DNA from: a virus
Lineage: Duplodnaviria; Caudoviricetes
Strand: one strand, 5' to 3'
IMG/VR virus record: IMGVR_UViG_3300027706_000010
Coordinates: 1-61,552 of that record
Length of the DNA: 61,552 nucleotides
Shown here: in pieces, positions 37,955 through 48,601 of the stretch
How the letters are laid out: every line of letters begins with the position of its first letter
Position numbering within the stretch: position 1 is the first letter of the stretch
Program-made: the position numbers and the translations under genes
Notes under the pieces: model-generated
What the model saw: the letters and a program-made list of their open reading frames with translations, nothing else
The model's database searches: none
Told to the model about the DNA's origin: nothing

Positions 37955-38479
37955 TTATTTTACCATTTCAACCCACTTGCGTGGGTCTTCTTGCAGGATA
38001 TGATTGTACATATCCTGCAAGTATGGTTGCTTGAAGAGCTGAGGGTCCCCCTCATGCTCTTTCAAGAACTCTTTTGCATAGGGAGAATTCCCTACGATCT
38101 CCCATTTTTCAAAGGGGGACTTCTTTCTCCATATTTTAAAGTCCCCATCTTTCTCGAAAGATGGAAGTTCTCCTTGAAAGACTTGCAATCCCTTTTCGTC
38201 GAGAAGATACTCGACGAAAAGGGAGCCATCTGGCAAACGGAAAAACCGCACCGTTTCCGGGACCGATGGACCCTGTTTATAATAGGGGTCATAGTCCTCC
38301 GGGATAGAGATATCCCGGTAGAATCCATTGTTTCCTTCCTCGGTCCCCTCCGGAAAGGTGACTTCCCAGAACTCCCGCATCGTATGATGGGTTACGCGTA
38401 TACGATACTCGATATGACATTCATGATCGCGCAAAGCGACCATCGCTTCGTCGGTGATACTGGTAAAAGTCTTTTTCAT
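37955..38479 (-). CDS. Hypothetical protein
   Basis: Part of minus-strand four-gene operon 37955-39405. Confidence 0.55.
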   Translation of the reverse strand: MKKTFTSITDEAMVALRDHECHIEYRIRVTHHTMREFWEVTFPEGTEEGNNGFYRDISIPEDYDPYYKQGPSVPETVRFFRLPDGSLFVEYLLDEKGLQVFQGELPSFEKDGDFKIWRKKSPFEKWEIVGNSPYAKEFLKEHEGDPQLFKQPYLQDMYNHILQEDPRKWVEMVK

Positions 38480-38497
38480 TGTTTGTTCCCCTTTCTT

Positions 38498-38899
38498 TCA
38501 CTCAATGTTGAGGGTGTACTCCAGCACACCCTCAACCCGATTGATTTCCGCCCGAAATCGCTCTTGCTCCGAGGCCGTGAGCAATCTCGGCGATTCATAC
38601 GTGAGGATGGTATTCTCACCTTCTGGCAGCACACCTGCCAGTTTCAAACCTGCAAAGTCAGTGTGCGCCTGCGCTTGGAAGCGCTGCGCAGCTTCGTCCG
38701 ACTCGAAGACGATGTAATGATAGATGAAATCTATCGGGCCGTGTTCTCGCTCGAAACGAGACACCCAGGCCCGGCAGGCATCCACAATCTCATCATTCGT
38801 GGAGCGCTGCTTATGTGACTGCTGGCTATGAACGCGCCCGATAGCGTCCAACTGGCGAAAAAGATCGGGTGGGAGCCGCAAGACGAACCGATGGGGCAT
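38498..38899 (-). CDS. Arc-like ribbon-helix-helix protein
   Basis: RFVLRLPPDL...RSTNDEIV. Confidence 0.7.
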   Translation of the reverse strand: MPHRFVLRLPPDLFRQLDAIGRVHSQQSHKQRSTNDEIVDACRAWVSRFEREHGPIDFIYHYIVFESDEAAQRFQAQAHTDFAGLKLAGVLPEGENTILTYESPRLLTASEQERFRAEINRVEGVLEYTLNIE

Positions 38900-39109
38900 T
38901 TAATACTCTTTCATGGCTGCTTTGACAAGCGCCATTACAGCTCCATTCCATTCTGACGCCAGTTGCAAGCCGACCAGCCCTTCCTCGCGTGCAATGCGAT
39001 TGACGGCCCCTACCGCTATCCACATCACATCCTCCTCATCAAGCCCCTCTTCACGAGATTGCTCCAGAGATTTTTGGAGCGTATCGACAACTTTTTTGTT
39101 ATATTGCAT
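38900..39109 (-). CDS. Hypothetical protein
   Basis: GGAG RBS; abuts next gene. Confidence 0.5.
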   Translation of the reverse strand: MQYNKKVVDTLQKSLEQSREEGLDEEDVMWIAVGAVNRIAREEGLVGLQLASEWNGAVMALVKAAMKEY

Positions 39110-39123
39110 TCTCCACCTCCAGA

Positions 39124-39405
39124 TTAGCGCCGAATGTACGTGCCATTCCCCTGCTCATCGCAGAGGCGCAGCGACGCAGGGAACAGAGAATTGGAAAGAG
39201 TAAAGCCCAGCAGCCGGGAAGCGCTCTCCCGGAGAAAACGCAGATCGCCGCATTCCTCGTCGTTGGGATACGCACTATGGACAGCCTGTGCCAACTGCTC
39301 AGCCGTGAACACGGTCCCACTGGACAAAGCCCGAACAGTTTCCCGCATGGTTTCATCGGCGTCCACATCGCGCCCGTTGCGGTAGTACTTCGTGATGATT
39401 TCCAT
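39124..39405 (-). CDS. Hypothetical protein
   Basis: AAGGAG RBS; TTGACA promoter box upstream (39491-39486). Confidence 0.5.
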   Translation of the reverse strand: MEIITKYYRNGRDVDADETMRETVRALSSGTVFTAEQLAQAVHSAYPNDEECGDLRFLRESASRLLGFTLSNSLFPASLRLCDEQGNGTYIRR

Positions 39406-39571
39406 TTTTGTTCTCCTTGCTTTTCCTTTTTTTGAGAACCCTGTGTTCTCTTCACTGAGATAATGATATCATTTTTGATATCAATTGTCAAGAGGGTTGG
39501 GGAGCAATTTTTACCGTTCGCAGAAATCTCAGAAAATTGGTATACTGGACCCGGCAAAGGAGGTCCTTATC

Positions 39572-39934
39572 ATGTCATCAAAAACCCAACAGGCCCTTAT
39601 CCAACTTCTCGAAAGTATGGCGATAACCGCGCTTATTGCCGGGCTGTTCAGTATCGGCACGATCCTTGCCGGGAATGGACCGATAGACTGGCGCCAGGTC
39701 GGCATCGCCTTTGGCCTCGCTGTCGCGTTCAGCCTCGCGCACAGCCTGGCAACCTATTTCAAAGCCAGCAACCAGGTCGAACTTGGCACCGCGATTGAAG
39801 CGGTAATCGACGCCATAGAACAGCGCTTCGGCGCTCTCGCCCAACCGATCACACCAGATCAAGCACCAATGGCCCCGAATCGCACTACGATGCTCAACAC
39901 GCCGTCTGTTGTCCAGGAGCATCCACCAGACTGA
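39572..39934 (+). CDS. Two-TM holin-like protein
   Basis: Two hydrophobic helices with IDW linker; AAAGGAGG RBS; stop codon lies within the IS end. Confidence 0.55.
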   Translation: MSSKTQQALIQLLESMAITALIAGLFSIGTILAGNGPIDWRQVGIAFGLAVAFSLAHSLATYFKASNQVELGTAIEAVIDAIEQRFGALAQPITPDQAPMAPNRTTMLNTPSVVQEHPPD

Positions 39935-39968
39935 CACTCCCCGCCTTAAAAGAGCGGGGGTTCTTCCT

Positions 39969-41174
39969 TCATCCAGCCACCTTGCCCGCTCTGGCCTTGC
40001 CAGAACGAGTAGCGGGTGTCTGTCCAGAAGCGTTTCGCCTCTTCTGAGAGAGGCCCGTTTCCGATTGCCCACCGGTACGGTCTAATGCCTTTGCGAGAAT
40101 GTTGAGAGCGGCATTGTGATCTCGATCAAGCACCAATCCACATCCAGAACAGATGTGTGTCCTGACAGAGAGGCTCTTCTTGACTCGTGTGCCACACGCT
40201 GAGCAATCCTGCGACGTCCAGGCCGGTTCAACGGCTATCACAGGGATGGTATGCACTTGCCCATAATAGGTGAGCCACGAGAGAAAGCGCCCCCAGGCCG
40301 CATCACTGATGCTCTTCGAGAGGTGTCGGTTTCTGACGAGGTTGGCTATCTTCAAGTCTTCGTAGGCAATGAAATCGCTAGATGTCACGAGCGTGCTTGC
40401 CGTTTTACGGGCAAAGTCTTCACGCTGCCTACTGACTTTCAGATACGCCTTTGCCAGTGCTTTCCTGGCTTTCTTCCTATTCTGAGATTGCTTTTGCTTG
40501 CGAGAAAGTCGTCTGTGCAGCTTCTTCAAGCGTTTTTCGGCTTTGCGCAGATGACGAGGGTTAGCTACAGTATTGCCTTCTGAGTCCGTTAAGAACGCCT
40601 TCAAGCCCATATCGATGCCAACCTGTTTGCCGGTAGGGATATGCTCAATCTGTCTCTCTGCATCAACAGCAAACTGAGCATAGTAGCCATCGGCCCGCTT
40701 GACAATCCGTACCCGCTTGATTTGCTTCGTGGGGAACTCTTCAATGCGTTGGTTCTTGTTGCCTACAAGCCGCAAGCGTCCAATGTTGCAACCATCGGTG
40801 AAGGTGATATGCTTGCCATCCGGCTCCAACTTCCAGCCCGTTTGTTTATACTCGACACTCCTGTTATCATGCTGGAAGCGGGGATAGCCCTTCTTGCCGG
40901 GCTTGTGGGTCTTGCAATTGGCATAGAAGCGTGAGATAGCCGCCCACGCTCGTTCAGCAGCCGCTTGCCGCGCTTGAGAATTGAGTTTTGAGGCAAAAAG
41001 AAACTCTTTTGCAAGCTGAGAGCAAGCTGCGTTAAGATCATAGCCATTCGTGCCACGAGTGTCCATCCACAAGCGAAGTGCCTTGTTACGGATGAACTGC
41101 ACAATGCGTATCGCCTCATCAATGGCGGCATATTGTTCTTTGGTGCCACGCAGCTTGTACTCAAAAATCAGCAT
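39969..41174 (-). CDS. tnpB: IS605 TnpB
   Basis: GIDMG, AYEDL, CSAC..CSGC, DRDHNAA. Confidence 0.92.
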   Translation of the reverse strand: MLIFEYKLRGTKEQYAAIDEAIRIVQFIRNKALRLWMDTRGTNGYDLNAACSQLAKEFLFASKLNSQARQAAAERAWAAISRFYANCKTHKPGKKGYPRFQHDNRSVEYKQTGWKLEPDGKHITFTDGCNIGRLRLVGNKNQRIEEFPTKQIKRVRIVKRADGYYAQFAVDAERQIEHIPTGKQVGIDMGLKAFLTDSEGNTVANPRHLRKAEKRLKKLHRRLSRKQKQSQNRKKARKALAKAYLKVSRQREDFARKTASTLVTSSDFIAYEDLKIANLVRNRHLSKSISDAAWGRFLSWLTYYGQVHTIPVIAVEPAWTSQDCSACGTRVKKSLSVRTHICSGCGLVLDRDHNAALNILAKALDRTGGQSETGLSQKRRNASGQTPATRSGKARAGKVAG

Positions 41175-41569
41175 CAGGTTCGACTCTGCCTCTCAATGTA
41201 TTTCTGTATCGTGTCCTGACTGACAAAGCCAGCCGTGCTATAGAAGGTGCTTCGTGTCCACAGCGAGGGCATCCGCTTGAGATGAGGAAATTCTTCCCGC
41301 ATGTGATGCGAGGAACGGCCCTTTATCAAGCGGGGAATGTCCGTAGGCAGCGTGTAGGGATTGGCCTGAATGAACAGATGCACGTGATCTGGCTGAATTG
41401 CCAGTTCGACAATTTTCCACCCGTTTTCTTCTGCCACTTCACGGACGATCTGCTCGAAACGGTCACGTACTGGCCCTACCAGTATCTTGCGCCTTCGTTT
41501 CGGGCAAAAGATGATATGGTAGAGAATGTGATGAACCGTATGTTGTTCGTGAATATACTCGTCACTCAT
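41174..41569 (-). CDS. tnpA: IS200 Y1 transposase
   Basis: YHIIFCPKRRR, HUH motif DHVH, KGRSS, LWTRS, KYIE. Confidence 0.92.
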   Translation of the reverse strand: MSDEYIHEQHTVHHILYHIIFCPKRRRKILVGPVRDRFEQIVREVAEENGWKIVELAIQPDHVHLFIQANPYTLPTDIPRLIKGRSSHHMREEFPHLKRMPSLWTRSTFYSTAGFVSQDTIQKYIERQSRT

Positions 41570-41762
41570 GTATACAAGTATAGCGCAAACAACATACCTT
41601 GTCAACATTCCCCACCCTATCCCCAACTAAGGAACGGCGCTCTCATCCCCCGCTTGAAAGACGGGGGTTTTCCCGCGCCGGTTGTATAACCCCAGGCACC
41701 ACCCCCGTCAGATATGGCTCAGAATGCAAAATTGAAAGCCCCAATGCAGGTACAGGCGCAAT

Positions 41763-41807
41763 AAAAGAAAAGCGACCAGGCAAGGGAAGCCTGGTCGCTT
41801 TTCTTTT
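41763..41807. terminator. Bidirectional terminator
   Basis: aaaagaaaagcgaccaggc...gcctggtcgcttttctttt. Confidence 0.8.
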
Positions 41808-41818
41808 GAGAATGAGCA

Positions 41819-42511
41819 TCATTTCTCTTCATATTCAGCAAGCACCGCAACACGCTCATCCATCCACCGTGAAATTTTTTCAATGATCTCATCCCCCGCC
41901 ATTGCCGCCGACCACTCCGCCGCCCACGCCGACTCCGCCGACCACGCCGACCACGCCGACCACTCCGCCGACCTTGCCGCCCTTGCCGTCGACCACTCCC
42001 CCGCCATTGCCGTCGACCACTCCGCCGCCCACGCCGACTCCGCCGCCATTGCCGCCGACTCCGCCGCCATTGCCGCCGACCTTGCCGACTCCGCGTTTTC
42101 TTCTGTTGGGGCAGCAAGCCATCGTCTTGCAGCATCTATCGCGGCACGCGGGCGCTTGTCATCTGGATACATCTTTTCAAAGTTTTCTAGCACAAGTTCA
42201 GCGGCAAAGATAGACAATGCAACACTATCGTGTTTTTGCCAGCGCCAGACACGCACCAGGCGCATCTTTTGCCAGGCTTCTTTGTCATCATTGACAATAG
42301 AAGCTCCACTCACTTCGACTTGTGCAAGGATTTCCCCTTGCACATAGGTAAACGCCTGGTAGCACGTCCGCGAACAATGGAAGCCATTTTCACAGATGAT
42401 AAGCTCGTTGTCACGAACGGATTGCCATTCGCCGATGTGCCAGATGCAATCGCCTGATTCTGACCTGATTTCGTTATCAATCAGGCACAAAAATTTATAC
42501 CGCCGCTGCAT
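41819..42511 (-). CDS. Phage protein with Ala/Trp/Ser-rich repeats
   Basis: CENGFH N-domain, DKRPRAAIDAARRW, SAAWAAE repeats. Confidence 0.7.
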   Translation of the reverse strand: MQRRYKFLCLIDNEIRSESGDCIWHIGEWQSVRDNELIICENGFHCSRTCYQAFTYVQGEILAQVEVSGASIVNDDKEAWQKMRLVRVWRWQKHDSVALSIFAAELVLENFEKMYPDDKRPRAAIDAARRWLAAPTEENAESARSAAMAAESAAMAAESAWAAEWSTAMAGEWSTARAARSAEWSAWSAWSAESAWAAEWSAAMAGDEIIEKISRWMDERVAVLAEYEEK

Positions 42512-44326
42512 TTATCGTTCCTCCAAGCGGGCCATGATCTTGCCCGGCTTTTCTTTGTCCATCTTGATTTCGACAATCTGATACAATTTCCCTTGCGCCG
42601 TGATGTATCGACTTAGCCACACCGTCTTGTAGGCATCGAGGATCACCCGACTCCCAATCGGCGCAATCTGCAAGAATGCCAGTGGGATCGCGCCGATTTG
42701 AATCATGAGATCAGTCTGTTGCACACTCATTGCACGCGCCTCGCTTCCATCTCTGCATGCAGCAGGAGATTTCGATAACACCCACGATAGCCCCGGCATT
42801 GCCACCAGAACCAGATCCACAGCGCCTTTCCAGGAATCCGACCAGACCAGATAGCCCACGCAAAGCAGAGAGCCAGCGTCAAGAGGCCAATAATAACCTG
42901 CACACTCACGCCTCACCTCTCACCAGCACTTCATATATGCAACCAGTCTCATAATCTATTGGGATGCTTACACCGATAAGGGGCGAATAGGATTTTTGCC
43001 ATACTCCCCATGTCAGATACCGGAATGCCGAAAGCAAAATGACGGCAGGATACTCCCCCTGCAAGGAGATATAGCGCTCGACAAGCGCCTGCACCAGCGC
43101 TTGCGTTTCTTCATACGGATTCAGCGTTTCGCAGTATGGCCTGCCCTTTGCGTCCAGAGGCAAAAGAGGGCGCGTGGTAGCTGGCATACGCACCGGGCGC
43201 TGTACCTGGATAGCTGGCAATTCCTGCGTTGGCTGCTTCGCGAGAGCGAGCAGCCGGGTACGCTGCGCTGCTCGCTGGCGAGCCGAAAGAAGTTGCGTCA
43301 TTGCGTCTTCTCCTCTCCTAGCGTCTTCTCCTCTCCTAAAAGGGTTCTGGCACGCTCCGCAAGCGCATCAGCCCGTTCCGAGAGAGCATGCGCCTCATCC
43401 ATGTCCCGATAGGCGTCATACCAGATGGCATACACCTCCCGGACAAAATCCCGATACTCACGCACCAGCGCTTGCAGGCCATCAGTCTGCTGAGCAAGCG
43501 GCGCGATATAGCGCGTGTGGATACCACCGGCGATCACCTCGTAGACAGTCTGGAATTGCTCATCCAGATCTTCCCAGGTCACGCCATTGTCATCTTCGGG
43601 CGGCCAGCTCGCCCGGTAAGCATCATAGACATCTTTGCCAGTAAGCAAATCCACTGGCTCCCCCGATTGTTTCGCTTCCTCATCCAGCATCCTGATAAGC
43701 GGCGTGAGCATGCCGGTGATACGCGTGATAGTGAGTCGAATGTCAAATGTTGTGATTGATGGCGCTGAGAGAAGATCAACGTCATGATGCATCATTTGCA
43801 AACAATGTAAGAGCACAGACCGATTCATTTACGCTGTTCTCCTTTTTTTGTTTTCGTGGCAAGTGCTCGCCACGTTTCGTACTTGACTGGATGTCCGCGC
43901 TTATCCGTATGACATAAACAATGACACGTCGCATCCAGACATTTCAGCAAACTACAGGACACCTCGTAGCGCGCCGCCATGCAGCGCATCGCATCAGGAT
44001 GCATACAGTGACACATAATGCTACACAAACAGATGAACAACATATCCACACCCCAGAACAACAAGCGGATAGAAAAAGCTCCACGCCAGCGCCACGGTCA
44101 GCGCCTTTGCCGCATCTTCTTTATCTTCTTGCCGGGCTGCTGGTATGGTATACGTGAGAAGTCGCACGATACAATTGATACCAATCGCCAGCACAATGCT
44201 GATCTGGGCAACATGGAACGCTGGAACAATGAACCATCCCCAAAGCACTACCAGAACAAAGCCACCCCAGATGGCCCCAAGAATGAGCGCCATCATGCCG
44301 CCCAGAAAAAGCAAAACGGTTTTCAC
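42512..44326 (-). other. Run of small minus-strand hypothetical genes (42512-42730, 42727-42909, 42906-43301, 43298-43828, 44021-44326)
   Basis: Overlapping start/stop couplings; 44021-44326 is multi-TM. Confidence 0.5.
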
Positions 44327-45133
44327 TTAGCTGTTCTCCTTTATCCTCCCACTAAAACAGAAATCGCGTACCGGGCACTTTTCGGCCCGGTGCTCCTGGC
44401 AGGACTGACATATCCTTGCAGGAATGTGTCCCGTCGTCACGGCACCCTTCACGCTGTAGCACCGGTCCATGTAGGGCCGGGCCAGCAGCGCATCATGCTC
44501 AATGCACCAGACTTTTAGCTCTTGCGTGTCCTTGCACTCAACGAGTATCAGCCCCCGCTCGATGCCAAGCACATGCATGTAGAGATTGCATTGGTGCCAC
44601 GCAGCTTCCGGGGGATCGCCCACCTCATCGAGCCGGGCAAAGTGATCGAGCTTATACCCCTTGATCTCGACCACGTACCGCTGCCCGGCCCAAAAGATCA
44701 CAGCATCCGGCGTGAAATGGAGAAAACGAACCTCGTCGAAGTGCGAACACTCAACTTCGACAATCTGGCCGAACTCGGCAAAGAGGCGCTGGTACTTTTC
44801 GTGCAGGTGCCAGCCATGCAGAAAGACCGCATTCTGGTGCGCGTCCCAGGGCTTCTGTTCGAGGGGACGCGCCTCTTCGGGATACAAAGCAAGTAGGACC
44901 TGGCGCCGCAGGCACCATTCTGAATCAGACTGCAAGATAGCGCTCACATGTGGCGCGCCCGTGCGCAGGGGCTTAGAGAGGCCCCATTGCACGAACATCT
45001 CTTCAACCTCCTGCTTGAAAAGCGCGGCGACGGTGCGCAGGCTAGAACGCTGGTGCGCTATCGTCATCCTCATCCTCTTCTCCTGCATCGCTCTCAATAC
45101 CAGCAGCGCCCCCAAACGCGCCATCGTCGCCAA
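44327..45133 (-). CDS. Cas4-like PD-(D/E)XK exonuclease (start uncertain)
   Basis: WCLR, TPD, VEIKG, QCNLY, C-terminal CQSC..CPVRDFC. Confidence 0.75.
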   Translation of the reverse strand: MATMARLGALLVLRAMQEKRMRMTIAHQRSSLRTVAALFKQEVEEMFVQWGLSKPLRTGAPHVSAILQSDSEWCLRRQVLLALYPEEARPLEQKPWDAHQNAVFLHGWHLHEKYQRLFAEFGQIVEVECSHFDEVRFLHFTPDAVIFWAGQRYVVEIKGYKLDHFARLDEVGDPPEAAWHQCNLYMHVLGIERGLILVECKDTQELKVWCIEHDALLARPYMDRCYSVKGAVTTGHIPARICQSCQEHRAEKCPVRDFCFSGRIKENS

Positions 45134-45767
45134 CGAGCGGCGGGCAGGCTTCCAGGATGCGCTGCTTGACCTGTTCTGGCGTCAGCTTGATTGCCTGCAA
45201 TTTGGCGCTCATCGGCGCAGGCGTTTTCACCATGATGATGAAATCCTTTTTTGGACCAGAACCACTCTGCTCAATCGAGAAATCAGCCACCCGGATGTCA
45301 TGGCCGTTATCCGGGTCCTTGTAGAAGCTCATGAAAAATTTGAGGATGGCAGAGACACGTCCGAATGATGAAAGCTCCAGCAGACGAATACCGGCAATTG
45401 GTTTTTCTTCCTGCGTCTCAGGATCTTTGTAAGTGATATGCTGTCCGGTGTGCGTGTCTACAACGTTGTAGACATACATCGGCAGGTAAAAGAAATTGCT
45501 AGCACGCAATTTCTTATCATCGGCGGCCCGTTCGCAGTAGCCACATGACTTCCCAATTTCTTTGGCACAGATCGCATTGACCCGGTAGTCCGGGTCGTCA
45601 TTCCACTTACTATGCTTGCTCAAAGCCAGCATCTTATCCAGGTTGTACAGTGGACGAACGAGGGCTTTGTAGCCCTCAGAGAGAAACAGAAACACCGGCT
45701 TACGCGATGCACGGGGCGCACTCGCGCGATTTAACTCTTCATCGATCAGGTTAAGAACGTTGGTCAT
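45042..45767 (-). CDS. Putative ssDNA-binding protein (gp32-like)
   Basis: H..C..C..C zinc ligands, acidic tail EEDEDDDSAPAF; next to exonuclease. Confidence 0.6.
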   Translation of the reverse strand: MTNVLNLIDEELNRASAPRASRKPVFLFLSEGYKALVRPLYNLDKMLALSKHSKWNDDPDYRVNAICAKEIGKSCGYCERAADDKKLRASNFFYLPMYVYNVVDTHTGQHITYKDPETQEEKPIAGIRLLELSSFGRVSAILKFFMSFYKDPDNGHDIRVADFSIEQSGSGPKKDFIIMVKTPAPMSAKLQAIKLTPEQVKQRILEACPPLVGDDGAFGGAAGIESDAGEEDEDDDSAPAF

Positions 45768-45979
45768 TTCTTTCTTTTTGCTCCTTTTTGCCCTACTCAA
45801 AAAACTTCAAAAAGTCAGGGGACGCGCCGTCTGAAAGGCCGAGGAGAAAGAACAGCGCATCACCAACTACACACAAGTATAGCATAGTAACATGTACTTG
45901 TCAATACTCTAGACAAGTATCTTTAGGTATGCTATACTAGCTGAAAATATAGACATCTACTCAGTAAAGGAGTAAGGCA

Positions 45980-46174
45980 TTGGAGCAATTTTTTACGGTC
46001 AAGCAACTGGCCGAAATCTTGCAGGTCAACCCAGTTACTATCCTGGACGCTATCCGGGATGGAGAACTTGAAGCGCTCGACATCGGACGCGGCTATCGCA
46101 TCTCGCCCGATGCGTTTGAAACGTTCAAAGAAAAAATCAAGGTGAAGAAGCAGCCAGCCGAAGCAAAAGAATGA
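45980..46174 (+). CDS. Excisionase-family HTH
   Basis: FTVKQLAEILQV...IRDGELEA..IG..YRI. Confidence 0.8.
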   Translation: MEQFFTVKQLAEILQVNPVTILDAIRDGELEALDIGRGYRISPDAFETFKEKIKVKKQPAEAKE

Positions 46175-47829
46175 TGGATATTCTTCTGAGAGATTACCAG
46201 GAAGAATGCATCAAGCTGATTCTCGACGCCTACCGGCGCGATCCGCACGGACAGGAGCTGGTGGTGCTGCCCACCGGTGCAGGCAAAACAGTGATCTTTT
46301 GCCAGGTCATTGCTGCGCTGGCAAAAGAGGGCAAGAATGCCCTGATTATTGCGCACCGGGACGAATTGCTCCAGCAGGCTGCTGAGAAATATCGCCTTGT
46401 GAAACCCGATGCCGTTATTGGCAAGGTCGGTGCAGGGATGCACGAATACGGCGGCGAAGTCACGGTGGCTTCCATAGCCACCATATCCAGGCCGGAGCAT
46501 ATCAAACGGCTGCGCGCCATTGACTATGGCCTCATCATTATTGATGAGACCCATCACGCGATGGCAGAAAGCTATCAGCGTGTGCTTTCGGCCTTGCCGG
46601 ATGCATTCGTATTAGGCGTGACAGCCACGCCAGACCGGCTCGACAAAAAAGCGCTCTTCGGGGGAAAAGAGCCGCTCTACCAGGCAACGATAGAAGATAT
46701 GATTCAGGCCGGGTATCTGTGCGACCTGAAAGCCATTGCCGTGAAAACAGACATTAGCCTGGACGGTATCAAGACTACGGCTGGCGACTATAACGAGCAG
46801 GAGCTTGATCGCGCCGTCAATACTCCGGAAAGAAACCGGCTTATCGTCGAAAAATATCAAGAGCACGCGCAGCGCAAACGCGCCGTCGCGTTTTGCGTCA
46901 CCGTCGCGCACGCGACGGCACTCGCAACAGCGTTCAATAACGCTAGCATCCCGGCAGAGGTCATTACGGGAGAGACACCACTTCCAGAACGCGCGAAAAT
47001 CTATACAGCGTTTCGAGCCGGGACTGTTCGCGTTTTGTGTAATGTGATGGTACTCACAGAAGGGTGGGATGAGCCACTCTGTGAGGTGGCGATCATGGCC
47101 CGTCCGACACAATCGAGAGCGCTCTATACGCAGCAGGTGGGGCGCATCCTCAGATTAGCGCCAGCAAAGCCATACGCGCTTGTGCTGGACATTACCGATA
47201 ATTGTTATCGGCTGCGCTTGACCCCACAACGTATCCAACGCGCGCTGGCGCTCGACATCGAAGACGGCGAAACCGTTACCGAAGCCATCGCAAAGAAAGA
47301 AGAGAAACAGGCCACGGCGCGCCGTGCCCTTATCAGAAAACTCAATGAGAAACGTGATAAGGACCAGGAAATCAATCTTTTCGCACTGCCAGAATGGCAG
47401 GAACGTGACAACGGGATGTTTGTCCTGGAAGTCGGACTCGAAAAGCATCGAATTGCGCTTGTGCCCGTATCGGTTGGAAGTCTGGGGCAGTTGTACGAGG
47501 TCTGGGCACGGCTGGCTCCGCGCTTTGCCGGGCAGAAATGGATGGGCGCGCAGCCGTTAGATTACGCGCTGCAATTCGCCGAAAAGCGCGCCCGGCAACT
47601 GCTCGCTGAGCCAGCAAGCACAAAACTGCTCGACAAAACAGCAAGCTGGCGCGCACTGCCAATTTCAACTGGACAAATCAAGATGCTCAAATGGTATCGG
47701 ATACCGTATCATATGGGCATGACCAGAGGCGAGGCCAGTGACCTGATTGACGCGCACCAGGAAGAGTTAGCTGCCAAAAAAGCGAAGAAAGAAGCGCGCA
47801 AGCAAGCGCGTTTAGAGCAAAAAGCATAA
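46171..47829 (+). CDS. SF2 DExH helicase
   Basis: LRDYQ, LPTGAGKT, IIDETHH, TATP, LTEGWD, QQVGRILR. Confidence 0.92.
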   Translation: MMDILLRDYQEECIKLILDAYRRDPHGQELVVLPTGAGKTVIFCQVIAALAKEGKNALIIAHRDELLQQAAEKYRLVKPDAVIGKVGAGMHEYGGEVTVASIATISRPEHIKRLRAIDYGLIIIDETHHAMAESYQRVLSALPDAFVLGVTATPDRLDKKALFGGKEPLYQATIEDMIQAGYLCDLKAIAVKTDISLDGIKTTAGDYNEQELDRAVNTPERNRLIVEKYQEHAQRKRAVAFCVTVAHATALATAFNNASIPAEVITGETPLPERAKIYTAFRAGTVRVLCNVMVLTEGWDEPLCEVAIMARPTQSRALYTQQVGRILRLAPAKPYALVLDITDNCYRLRLTPQRIQRALALDIEDGETVTEAIAKKEEKQATARRALIRKLNEKRDKDQEINLFALPEWQERDNGMFVLEVGLEKHRIALVPVSVGSLGQLYEVWARLAPRFAGQKWMGAQPLDYALQFAEKRARQLLAEPASTKLLDKTASWRALPISTGQIKMLKWYRIPYHMGMTRGEASDLIDAHQEELAAKKAKKEARKQARLEQKA

Positions 47830-47853
47830 CCACAAAAAGGAGAACGATACAGC

Positions 47854-48114
47854 ATGGGAAAGCGACAAGAGATAGCACTCAACAAGAGCGAAATTCAGGA
47901 ACTCGTCGAATTCGCACAACGTACCGTGAATCAGGATTGGCCTCACCCACACCCGACAATCTCTGTGCAGGTACGCCTGCAACACGCGGCCCATCTCGAT
48001 GATGCCAAAAACGAGCAGGTGGCACAGATATACCTTGCCACGCTCAGAGGAGAAAAGAGCATTCAAAATGCTGTAGATGAACTGGATCAAATGCTCAATG
48101 GCAACCAGGGATGA
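47854..48114 (+). CDS. Hypothetical protein
   Basis: AAGGAG RBS. Confidence 0.5.
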   Translation: MGKRQEIALNKSEIQELVEFAQRTVNQDWPHPHPTISVQVRLQHAAHLDDAKNEQVAQIYLATLRGEKSIQNAVDELDQMLNGNQG

Positions 48115-48220
48115 AGCACGATAAAGTATGAAAAAGCAGAGCTTCCCTATTCAAATAACAAAGCCGCCCTGGTGTTTGGGCGGCTTTCCCCTTCCCTCTT
48201 CTCACAACAAACGATGACGA

Positions 48221-48472
48221 CTAGTCGTCATCCACCTCTTGCACAGCCTCGCGCCTGATCCGGTCCAGATCTTTCCTCAAAACATATTTGGCGTTCGAGT
48301 ACACGAGCTTGTTACGAAACTTTTGCACGCGCTCACGCTCTAAAATCTTGTTGAGCGTGTACGGCGTGCGCACACCTAAGTAGATTTGTGCCTGCTGGAG
48401 ATTGAACGCTTCCTCGTCTTTGCCGTCCACAGGCAAAATAGTCGGCGTCATGTCAATATCAGGTTGTTGCAT
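48221..48472 (-). CDS. Small HTH-like protein
   Basis: FNLQQAQIYLGV motif. Confidence 0.5.
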   Translation of the reverse strand: MQQPDIDMTPTILPVDGKDEEAFNLQQAQIYLGVRTPYTLNKILERERVQKFRNKLVYSNAKYVLRKDLDRIRREAVQEVDDD

Positions 48473-48601
48473 AATGTTCCCTTTCCTTGCCGAGCATTGC
48501 TGATAAAAGCTATCAGTTCATACTGATAGCATAACATATTAGCAAGGTGTGTCAACGTATCGCAAGTATCAAAGAGAACACCACACTGTATCCTATTGCA
48601 T

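Larger units (their letters stand above)
39931..41685 (-). mobile_element. IS200/IS605-family element (tnpA+tnpB)
   Basis: Subterminal hairpins ccccgccttaaaagagcgggg (39939) and cccccgcttgaaagacggggg (41647); minus-strand TTAT target and TCAG right end. Confidence 0.85.

Noticed and set aside
41895-42095. cgccgac-type tandem repeats as a guide array
   Set aside because: In-frame 9-nt units encoding Ala/Trp/Ser repeats of a common phage protein
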